Made by a program: the position numbers and the translations under genes. The notes under the pieces are model-generated. The model was not told the origin of the DNA. It made no database searches and saw nothing but the letters and a program-made list of their open reading frames with translations. From assembly GCA_012295275.1 (NCBI GenBank), contig CM022671.1:14570001-14634000 (forward strand): a stretch of DNA of 64,000 nucleotides. Reading direction: 5' to 3'. How positions within the stretch are numbered: the first letter of the stretch is position 1; every line of letters begins with the position of its first letter. This document shows positions 53,428 through 64,000 of the stretch, piece after piece. The DNA comes from Chrysomallon squamiferum. Taxonomy: Eukaryota > Animalia > Mollusca.

Positions 53428-55839
53428 AGTGAGTGTATGTGTGTGTATATATAGATAAATGAAAATTCAGATCAGTTGAAAGATTTAAAAAATTAACATT
53501 AATTTATTTATATGTTGTTTATTCATTCTGAAGTAAATAGATACACTAGACATAATTTTAAAAACATAGTCTATTTGTCATCATATTTACAAGCTTTCGT
53601 ATATTTTATATACTTGTATTTTATAAAGCAGGCATGTATCAACAAGAAAGGTAAACTTCTGTGTTAAACTAACTGAATCCAGTATTGTCCTTACAAACAA
53701 AACCAGAGTCTGGACATGAAGGACTTGAAGTGGTATTTTTATATTTGTATTTTATTCATCCAGATTGTTAGGAATAACGTCATGTCTGATGAGACAGACA
53801 GAGGTTCAAAAGGTGTTGCATCAACCTTCACAATCACTCATCCACGGGAGAAGTGGCTCAAACGGAGAACAACAATCAAAGTCAGAGTAAGTCTGTTAAC
53901 TCATTCAAATTAATTTATCTGATAGTTCACATTTTTATATACTGTTCCTTTTGCTAAGATTAATTTACCTTTTAAAGCAATAAACACAGGTTGAGAATCC
54001 CTTATCTGAAATGCCTTTGACAGGACATGTGTAAGATTTTGGAATAAAAAGCAATAGTCTGAGAATAAGATGTAAGTCTAAACACAAATACCATTTATAT
54101 TTACAGCTTAAAAATAAAAAAAACTTTATATTTAAAACTGTAAGATGTCACTATTTTTGCTGCTTAGAAAAATTTTGGTTTTTGGAGCTTTTCTGATTTC
54201 AGTTTTTCAGTCCTGGATTATTTTATAGTACAAAAATAACTCATATTTGTTTTTATCTCCCAATGATTAAGTTTTGCTGTTTTATCTATTATAGAATTTG
54301 CAGTCAAATCATCGAGCAAATGATGTCATAGTTTTGGAAGACAAACCCCAAGTTCTTACTGCCAAATTCATGTATGGATCACTAGACATCACCTCACTTT
54401 CAGGGGAAAAGGTCTGTATTTATTTGTTTCTATAGCAACAGCTTAGTAAAGTGAATTTAGCTAAAGAGGCAGTAACTGGTTTCTGTCTTAATATATAAGC
54501 TTTATCCTGTGATGAAAGAAAGACAAATGCAGTGAGGTTTTGCCAAGCATTAGTCATCTTTTGATCTGAGCTGGAGGAAGGCAGACCTGGTACTAAAATT
54601 AACATTTTTATTATTAATTATTTTGTATTTTTAAAAGCAAGTGATGATTATTTTTGTCTTTCTTAAATGCTGTATGCTATAACAATTTAAAGTTGTTTTG
54701 AAATGTTGTTTTTGTAGATTGATGTACATATTATGCGCCAGCCATCTTCTGGTGAATGGATTCATGTTGGAACTGAGATCACTGACGGCCATGGAAGACT
54801 CACATTTGAGATCCCCAAAGATAAACTCTTGAGTCAGGGAATGTATCCAGTGAAGATGGTTGTAAGGTGTGTTACACATGTTACTGTATCCAGGCTTTTG
54901 TGCTTTTCATAAACTGAAGTACAGCACAGAGAATAAACTTTAACAATTTCTTAATGTACATCATAAAAATCACTTGTGTACAAATGTAATAGAAATTTGA
55001 GACACTCTAAACTGAGGATAAACAGTATGCTGTCAAAACTGTAGATGTTTTTTTATTATTTTTGTGTTTTCAGAGGTGATCATACATCTTGTGACTTCTA
55101 TTTAACTGTGCTGCCACCAAAAACAGAGACCGTCATTTTCAGTGTCGACGGATCTTTCACAGCAAGTGTCAGTATCATGGGAAAAGACCCCAAAGTCAGA
55201 GCTGGGGCTGTGGATGTAGTTAGGTAAGATTTTCACATCACCGAAAAAAAAGTAAATATCATCTGATCAAAGCTTTATTTCATCTAGTTTTATGTGTGAA
55301 AATAACAACTGACATGAAACAAAGACAGATTTATTAGGTTTAACTGATTTACTGTGTTTGTTCAGCATGCAATAAAGGTAAAGTGTGACTGTTTCAGACA
55401 CTGGCAGGAACTGGGTTACTTGATTCTGTACGTGACGGCCAGACCTGACATGCAGCACAACAAAGTGGTGGCTTGGCTGGCCCAGCACAACTTCCCTCTT
55501 GGGATGGTCTCGTTCATGGATGGCTTGTCTAAGGATCCCCTGCGTCAGAAACTGAACTATTTGAAAAACCTGCAGACTGAGGTGTGGAAATTTACACTTT
55601 TAAACTGAACTTTTATCTGTAGAATAACGGCTTCAGAACATTATTTAAAATTGTTGGATGTGTTTAAACCTTTACTACTTTATTACTTATGCTTACAACC
55701 ATACATTTTTTTAGATCATATTTTAAAATTTAGATAATATTTTATTTCATTAGTATTATTTTATTTTATTTAAAATTATTTTTCTTATAATTTTGTGATA
55801 TATATAAATGGGCAGCTTGTCTAGCATTATTTGTTATTT

Positions 55840-55873
<34 letters not shown>

Positions 55874-57335
55874 TATTTTGACTGATATTTTTACTATTAA
55901 CACACTTTCAGACTCAGGTGGTTTTCAAAACTGCTTATGGTTCCAGTAAGGACATTGTTCTTTACAAGGATCTAGGACTTTCACCAGCTAACATTTTTAT
56001 TGTGGGAAAGGCTTCGAAAAAGCATCATTCACAGGCTCAGGTAAATGATTTATCTTCTTCTTTTTTTTGTTAGTGAGAAAACTTATGTGGATTGATAAAA
56101 AAATTGAAAGTGTTAAGATATTTTTTAATCAGAAATTATGTAGAGGTTATGACTGATATTTCATTTGTACAATGAAAATTGGAAAATAATTAATAATATA
56201 TATTTTTTTAAATCACAATGCCAGCATCCCTTTAAAATTGGAATGTTTCTGTTAAGTTTTTAAGAACATCTGCACCTTATTCCTTCACCTGTTCAATTGT
56301 TTGTATTTCTGCATTGATTCATTTTTATTTAATTTTAAATCTAGAACCTTTTCTGATACTATCAATTATGTTTCTTTTGACAACATTAATATTTTGTGTG
56401 GGATATTAATGTCATTCAGCAACTATTTCAAACTTTTCCTGATAAATAACATTTTAGTTATACTTTTAAAAAATATTTTAAGTATCATCTTTAAAGTGAA
56501 GACAGCAACATTTTGGTATAATAATAATGATGATCTGTGACACATAGCTAATAATAATATATTTGTTTACTTTCTGATGGGATGGATCTCCTCTGAGTGA
56601 CCTCTTGTTAAATGTAACAATGATCTGATATTTATATATAACGTCTAAATTAATCATAAACTACACATTTCACAGATACTTTCTCTTGGGTATGCAGCCG
56701 AGTCTAAGATAAATGTAATAATAATAATCTGATATCTATCTATCTATCTATCTATCTAATCTAATAATAAATGTGTATTTCACAGATAATTTCTGATAGG
56801 TATGAAGGTCATCTAAGTGACTCGTTAAATGTAATAATAATAATGATCTGATATCTATATATATATCTATATATAAGGCATAAAAATAAACATAATTGAC
56901 AGCTACTTTCTGATGGGTACGCAGTTCATCTGAGTGAGCTGTTAAAATGTAATAATAATAATAATCTGATATCTATCTATCTATCTATCTATCTGTCTAT
57001 CTGTCTATCTGTCTGTCTGTCTGTGTGTGTGTGTCTGTGTGTATGGTGCTATTGTCTAAGCTAATAAAAATGTACACGTTTCACAGCTACTTTCTGATGG
57101 GTACGCAGCTCATCTGAGTGACCTGTTGTCTCCAGGATTCTCGGTCCCAGCTGTGGGCAATGCCAGAATGTTTCTGCGACGTAGCTGTTTCCGCCTGCCA
57201 CATCAGAGCGACACGCGCAAACTGGCAAAGAGGACGATGTCACAGCCCGGCCGTGGAGAGCCCACGCACAGCTGCACCAAAATAACTCTCACAGACCCCG
57301 ACCACGTCACGCAGGAAGACATGCAGCCAAAATGA
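43386..57335 (+). CDS. rdgB: Retinal degeneration B / membrane-associated phosphatidylinositol transfer protein (PITPNM/Nir2-3): PITP, FFAT, DDHD, LNS2; ~21 coding exons
   Basis: [26 protein letters not shown]|KKSREES...[26 protein letters not shown]; [13 protein letters not shown]; [14 protein letters not shown]; [13 protein letters not shown]; FFAT EEFFDASD (~47610); FFMLGSPLG; [16 protein letters not shown]; [10 protein letters not shown]; [46 protein letters not shown]; AYGSSKD; final exon 57087-57335. Confidence 0.97.
52248..52610. repeat. 103-bp tandem repeat (~3.5 copies) starting exactly at an rdgB splice donor
   Basis: gtagtcagcaacatcttccctttgcc...tctagatacttgtcaga...ttttatattacaaa at 52248, 52351 and ~52454, with a partial copy at ~52556. 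Confidence 0.92.
53987..54219 (+). mobile_element. Tigger4/Zombi-like (Tc1-mariner/pogo) non-autonomous remnant in an rdgB intron
   Basis: Starts caggttgagaatcccttatctgaaatgc, contains aagtctaaacacaaa..catttat, and ends ttttggagcttttctgatttcagtttttcag..ggatt. These match the 5' TIR, internal and 3' subterminal blocks of Tigger4/MER46 consensus as recalled from memory; the right TIR is eroded. Confidence 0.6.
56565..57130 (+). repeat. Five tandem copies of the acceptor plus first ~40 nt of the rdgB terminal exon
   Basis: Variants of ag|(c/a)tactttctgatgggta(c/t)gcagctcatctgagtgac at ~56567 (no AG), 56676, 56786, 56903 and 57087 (true exon). Each decoy is followed by aaatgtaa(t/c)aat..ctgatat and TATC/TA microsatellite. 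Confidence 0.92.
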
Positions 57336-60300
57336 AAACTTCAATACTATAGTCTCTTCAGTCTGTTGTTTTAATAAGTCTGTTTTTAATAACTGTCAGT
57401 CAGTGGTAGGTTCACGCATATTTTTAGTTAGTAAAAGTGTCGTAAAATTGGTGTGCAAAGCAGATGCAAATAGAAAACGAATGTAGAACTATCAACTGGT
57501 TTCTTGTGGTGCTTAGAAGTTAATTTATAATGATTAGATTAATTGTGACATGGTTCCCAGCATTGTCATGTGTATATGTGTGTGCGTGCATGTGTGTGTG
57601 TGTATATATATATGTGTGTGTGTGTGTGGTGCATATTGATGAAATGGCTATTTATATGAAACATAGCACTGGTGTATACATTTCTTAAATTTATTTTGTA
57701 TTGAAAATATTTCTTAATTTCAGCACTTTTACAATTTAATGTTTACTCATCCTGAATTATTCTTTACATATTTTATTTGAAAAGATCTGTGTATGTGTGG
57801 GTGTGTATGTGTATATATGGTGGTGTAAATGTTTGTGTGTGTTGTTTGAGTTAATGATATTTTTATTTTGTTATCACTGCAAGTTAATCTCTTGAACTGC
57901 ACATCAGCAACAAGCCATTGTTTTCTTTGATCAGCAGTAACAGAAAACAAAAGTGTGTTAGTTATCAGCTGACCTTTTTTAATTTGGTGTCCGTACAAAA
58001 TCAAACTAGTCAACACTTGTGGGGTTTTGTTACATTATAAACTCTGGAAAAGAAATAATTGTCATGGAAATAAACCATCAATACGATTAGCACTAGTCTT
58101 GCCATCATCTGATTAAATGGTCATTACTAAACCCTTTTTTTTTTTAATGTAAATCTCAGGCTAAAATTTATTTGAAACCAAAGAGTGTACTGTTTGTCAC
58201 AGAAATCTACAGTTTGAAAGAGTAAAATTTATAATATTGTAAAAATGAATGACTTAGACTGGTTAACTAAGAATACATCATTAAGGTATGTCTGTATTTT
58301 AACATTATGCTCAAAGAATTGGTTATGAAAACGTAAAGAAACTAGAAAACCACCTAACAAATTCAGGTTGCTTTAGTTAGTTCATTCTGTGATAAAGTTT
58401 TGAATGTACGGAGATAGGACTCAGACTTTAGGATGCACTGGACAGACGAATGTTGAATGTTAGTTTTCACAGAGATAACAAAGAGATTTTACTGGATTCT
58501 GTATAACTGACTGTTCTGCAGAATTCACCTGTTTCCTGGAACTAGCACTTCTCCTGTTGATTTTATCTGGTACCAGAACTGAATAGTTTTTATCCTCAGA
58601 ATTATAGTCCACAATGACATTTTCCTGATTTAGTCTAACTGGAATAGCAGAGTATTTATCAGTACATTTGTTTTTTTTTACACACTTTATTATATATTTA
58701 TAAACATCAATAAAAAGACAACCAATTATATATATAAATATATAGATATATATATACAGCTATACACATGTATTTGTGAAATAATTTTTCATATGATTTA
58801 CAAGCCTAGAGAAGAATGTATATTTATATTGTACTTATTAAATTTGTTATTTGTTATGTGTTCAACTTAACATGTGGTCATCTTTTCTTATTTTGAATTG
58901 GATCTGAGCTTTTTGATGTTTCAAATCTTATTTTATTTTCAGAATTATTTTCTGTTGTTATTGTTGATATCTAATAGAAATATTTGTCACTGTTAATTTT
59001 ATTCAGATTTGGATCATATCTATAAATTGTTATTGATGTAAAATTTGAGACAGCCTCTTTGAAGATTTACTTAATTTTCTATTTCTTATGTTAATTATGA
59101 ACAATTACAAATTGAAACAAGCACTCTGTACATATTAATATTGTTATTCCACTTTATTTGTTTGTTGCTTTTTTTGCCAGTGTTTTCTTTGTTATTAATT
59201 TTCATTAAAATAATTATTAATATATGATTATTCTTTTACTTGTTTGTGATAACCGACTTATTAGATCATGAAGTATTGCGATTTGTCGTTAACATTTTGA
59301 TACACTATATTTTCAGGCAATATCGGTTTTGCACAGTTTATTATTAAACATAACAAAGAATACTAATACTGCCATCAAAATGGCATTATTGAAATGGAAA
59401 ATTGAATTTTTAATCATATTTTTGTATGTCAAGAAGAGCAGTCAAGTAAGAAAGGGAGAGATATCTGATTTGAAGATAGCATAGTATCTTTCACCTTCGT
59501 ACAGTTTACTGTAAATATTTGTGTGTTTTAAAAATTTATGAATCACATTTAGAGATAACCAAAGCTATAGTAACCAGATAAAAGAAGTTATATTTGTAGT
59601 TTATTTTTTATCATGTTTGAATCCAAATATCTGTTGTATATTGTTTGTCAGTATGTTTCAGTTATTATGGAATTATATTGTTGTGTATGTTTTTAAATAA
59701 TACAGTCGTATATATTTACATAACTGTGTATTAGTAATTTTATTTATAATCTCACAATCATATAAATGTATGGTTTTTTTTTTTTTTTTTTAAATGAGAG
59801 ATATTATGTTTGTTTTGTAGCAGATTTATTTTTATTTATTTATCTATTTATTTTTATTATTACTATTTGTTGGTTGACCTCTCTGTATGTGTTCATAAAT
59901 TATATTTGTAAATTTATGCTATATTATTAATAATTTAAATACTACAATATTTTTTAAAATCAGAGATGTTATTTTTGTTTTGTAGTAGATCTATTTTTAT
60001 TTGTTTATTTATTGATTTATTGTTGATAGTTGTCTGTGTGTGTTCATGAGCTTGTCTGTCAACGAATTCATTTTAAGTTTATTTCTCATCCATTTTTGTA
60101 AGATTTGTTATTTTTAACAAATCCTGCATCCCTGCTTCCCTATGATCTCAGTACAGTGTGTGGAAGTGTATTCTTACTTGTTTCCTGCCTCCTTAAAAAC
60201 AATAAATAAATCAATAAATATTTAAAATGAACCAAACCTTACTTTATTTGTATTCCTGGTTTAATTTACCTAACAGCAGAATTTTTGTATAAATTAGATA

Positions 60301-61912
60301 AAACTCAGTACTTTCCTAAATTATCACTTTTTTTTTTAAAACACATTTTTGTCGAACCGAATAGTAAATGTAACTGAGTTTATTTCAATATCAATTAATA
60401 GCTTTTATTTAACACTGAGAATATATTATATCTGCCACTGAAAAAGGCCAGTCCTTCCATTTATTTTACAAGTTGAGTAACTCAGATATAAAATGTGTGT
60501 TTTATCACTGCAGAGCCTAGATTCAGCTATTTGTCATATGTCTGGGTTCAAAGGTTAAGATCACCATATCTGGCACATGTTTGGTTTATTCTGCTTGCCA
60601 ATTGATTATTAAAACATTTGTTTGTAAAATGATAAAAAAATAAATCAAAATTACTCACGTTTAAATAAAGTAAAAGAACCAAATGTTGTATTTTAGATTT
60701 TATTTGTTATGTGCCAAAAAATAATGAAGTGACATGATGGTGCTTTTTGTTCAGTGTATTTTTATATTAATCAATATTTATTTCATTTGTGGTCCAATTT
60801 TTACATGTGTGAGTTTGTTGTATATTAATTTGTTATTTTTATGTTGTTTATTGAAGTAAATTGTTCCAAACAGGACAACAAAACAAATAATAAACAAGTG
60901 TCACAAATTCCATACATAAATAATAAAGTAAATAAACAGAATTTATTATCAGTGTTAAATATAACAATAAAATAAAATGACATTTGGAATTTTTCAACTT
61001 TTAAACTGCTTATGATAAAACGCAGCTTGTCCTTGTGAAATCGAAGCCTACAGAAAATATCAGATGAGAAACTGGTTTCTTGGAATGAATGCTCACTTTA
61101 GCATTGGCTTTAACAGGTCAAAAATAAATAACTAACATTATTTTCAGGTAAAATATTTTAATGAAAATTAATCTGGTCTGCATCTATATAATAATGGTAT
61201 ATATGAAACAAAAACAGTAATGAAAATAAAACCATGACAGATATCATTTGATAAAATATTCATACTAAAGTAAATTTACCTTGTTAAATCAGATACAGAA
61301 AATGAAAATCAGAGGTAAATGATCATAGATTTCTGACCTTAAATTGATAAGAAATAATCATTTTCCTCAAGTAATGATAGAATATTTTATTATTATTATC
61401 TAAAATAAAAAATGAAAACTAAAAATAAAAAGTTCACTATCACCAAATATTATAACCTTTGAATTCACTTCCTCAGTCTTAACATAAATGTCTGGCCCCT
61501 TTAACTGGGAGATTTAGTACAAGCACATACCTGCTAGTAATCGTGTACATAGGAAGTATTCTACAGCAAACATTTATCAAGAACTATGGGGCACTTGTAG
61601 CTGACATTTTAAGACTGAGAACAATAAATGCATATTTGAAAAGACACTCATTTCAGTGCTTCTTTTTTATATCTTGTTAATGTGTTGAATTCTTGTAATG
61701 TTTTGTTGTGCTGTAAGCTGATAGCTCCAGCCTGTTACGGTTAACTGATGAATTGCAATTACTCAACTAAGCAACCTGTCAAACATTATTATTTCACAAT
61801 AGTTTTGTAATGTTCTTTATTATCATTATTTTTTTTTTTTTTTTTTTTTTTTTGGTGTCTTTATTATTTCTTTTTTTTTCATTATTATTTAGTTTTTAAA
61901 TTTATTTTTTTT

Positions 61913-61946
<34 letters not shown>

Positions 61947-63301
61947 CATAATACATAAAACAAAATATAATAAGTAAATTTAAAATTATATTTTGTTCTT
62001 TCTGAATAAACGTACATTCACTCTGTTGTACAGATTGTTAAAATATAGTTAACGCTTCAAAAATGTCAAACAAATGGAATTTCACAGTTTCAGCCTTTAA
62101 ATTTTTGTTTAAAAGTGAGAAAAATACTTATAGAAAATACTCTGTTGTATTTAAATAAAAATTTAGAACTTGATGTTCTAATAGTAATTCATTCTTCTGT
62201 ATATTTTATATTTTTGTCAGAATAAACCTTGTACCAAGAAGAAAAAAATTGTCGACTATTCATATATATAAATGTCTAGCTCTCCATTTATTGTGTTCTA
62301 TCAATATATATGATCTTTTTATTAATCCATATAGAAATTGAAATTGCATAATGATTTGTGTTAAGACACATAATAATTTAGTCAAAGCAGAAACAGTGAG
62401 AGTTTATCTGATTCAAAAAATCAAGAGATGCAAATTGTCCATATATGAGAATAAATAAGAAACTGTGTTTGTCCTCGTTTTGTTAGAAATATTTAAATAT
62501 ATATATATATATATATATATCAGCTTGTCTGTGACTTGTTACTTCTGTTCTGTTTAAGTTTTAAAACATATCACTTGATATTGCATTAACATATTATATA
62601 ATTGCTCTTTTAATAAATCATATAGTATCTTCTTTTTATTTTGTTGTAATTACTTAAATACATTTTAAAGATATTACATTGAGTATCTTTGAGCTGAAAA
62701 TTTTAAAAGGTGAAGTGTTACACAAAATTTTGAGAACACAGATTTTGTGAAATTAAGTTACTTTAAATAAAGAAATATATATATATATAAGTATAAAATA
62801 TATATACCTGTATATATATATTATACTTTAATGTATTTAAAAAAAAAATTAAAATTAAAAATATAAAAATTCTTAACATTTCAGCAGAGATACCAGGTAA
62901 ATGTCTTAATGGCATTCCTTGATTGTGTGTGTGGGAGTGGTGTCAGTGTAATCCAAGAAGAAACTCAGTTTTAAAAAAACCTAGACGTTGATGTCCGATT
63001 CTGCTTCTGACTTGATTTATGAATGGATGATAAATATTTCTGTTTTAAAAAACAACATTAATAATGAAAACGGTATGACAATTATAGCGTACACAGTTAC
63101 TTCAGCATGCACATAAACTATGGCTGTACACCATTTCTACCAGTTAAATCAGTTGACATCTTTGCACGAACATGTAAAATAATGTTTATGTTAATCATCA
63201 AACTGTGACGATCGCGTAGTTGCTAAGCAGGATAAATCTAATGCGGAAAGATCCTGTTCGAGGAAACTGAACTGTTTGTGTCAATGAAAAAGATATGATA
63301 T

Positions 63302-63311
63302 GGGTTTTTCC
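63302..63311. promoter_or_regulatory. Rel/Dorsal-type kB site GGGTTTTTCC upstream of the second IL-17R-like gene
   Basis: Matches GGG(A/T)5CC ~86 bp upstream of ATG 63397. ggaaagatcc (~63245), gaggaaactgaa (~63260) and ggaagtg (~63343) are nearby. Confidence 0.4.
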
Positions 63312-63396
63312 CCCCCACAAAAAAAAAAAAAAAAAAATGTGTGGAAGTGTTCCGTTTAAGAAAAAGAAAAGAACAAGAAAGCAGACGTGAGCGAAT

Positions 63397-63498
63397 ATGT
63401 TCCCAGTCGGTATGGTTTGGATCTTATTTGTTGTATGGAGTTTGTTAACACTTGTAAGAACGAGAAAATTTATTACGTGTAAAGACTCTGCTTGTCAA
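63397..63498 (+). CDS. First (signal-peptide) exon of a probable second IL-17R-like paralog; gene continues beyond the window
   Basis: MFPVGMVWILFVVWSLLTLVRTRKFITCKDSACQ|gtaagt: 102 nt, phase 0. Same length and phase as exon 1 of the gene at 11000-17064, with a shared WS...TR...CK..CQ pattern. Confidence 0.7.
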
Positions 63499-64000
63499 GT
63501 AAGTTCGTTTCGATCTACAAAAGCTTCGGAGAAATATAAAAATTTGATCATATAATGACTATTCTGGATATCTGAACAAACGTTACTCTTTCCATAGCAA
63601 TAATTTCAATATATATTTATATATATTTTATTTATTTTTTATTTTTATTTTTTTTTATTTTTTTTATTTTAAGTCATATTTAACTAAGCTGGTTTCCTGT
63701 TTCTTTATTTAGCCACGATAAGCATTGCTAACGACAACAGTATACATGCAGCGAATGTATTCAGCCCGTTCAGTTGCCGGTTAATCCAGACTTTCGAATA
63801 TTTTATAAATTGTTGATTTATTTTAAAAGTGCCAGTTTATTAATTTTTATTTATTTTTTTATTATTATTATTTTTTTTTTTTAATTTGATAATTAAATTT
63901 TCCTATAAAGAGAACTAAAATATTTATATTAAATAAATAAAATAAAGTTCCTGTAACCAAAAATAAACAAACGTTATGCACTAGCTGTTCCTATACAGGT

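Noticed and set aside
55130-55165. Degenerate HAD motif FSVDGS in the LNS2 domain
   Set aside because: Loss of the first Asp is normal for rdgB/Nir proteins; not novel.
57400-60900. Long ORF-free AT-rich stretch
   Set aside because: Consistent with the rdgB 3' UTR and intergenic DNA (AATAAA cluster ~60200); no structure detected.
61002-61560. Possible minus-strand mini-exons reading YFLCTRLLA|GFDFTRTSCVLS* (CaaX-like end)
   Set aside because: Very short, neighbouring candidate exons have stops in all frames, and no start or homology was found; could be chance.

Overview
Very AT-rich, microsatellite-dense, intron-containing animal DNA. An invertebrate, plausibly a mollusc, is inferred from gene content; there are no prokaryotic features. 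Genes reconstructed by hand from splice sites and translation, in order: (1) last exon of a divergent actin-like gene (+, 70-219); (2) a decayed polycystin-2/PKD2-like C-terminal fragment (-, 2161-3440) carrying a minisatellite made from its own coding motif; (3) a complete 10-exon IL-17-receptor-like SEFIR gene (-, 11000-17064) with a GC-AG intron, a possible soluble-isoform exon and a perfect NF-kB site upstream; (4) a small CBM20 glycogen/starch-binding protein with duplicated mini-exons and a C-terminal CaaX box (-, 18796-21466, one 1-nt frameshift); (5) an unknown gene (+, ~26055-29416); (6) C1QBP/p32 (-, 34331-37407) head-to-head with (7) rdgB/PITPNM (+, 43386-57335), whose last intron holds an array of duplicated acceptor plus exon-start units; (8) the signal-peptide exon of a second IL-17R-like paralog (+, 63397-63498). 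Also present: a hAT-type MITE with TSDs, a Tigger4/Zombi-like remnant, a 32-bp minisatellite and a ~144-bp hairpin. Local tandem duplication anchored at exon boundaries recurs across the window. Family calls come from recalled motifs, not database searches, and exon coordinates may be off by a few nt.
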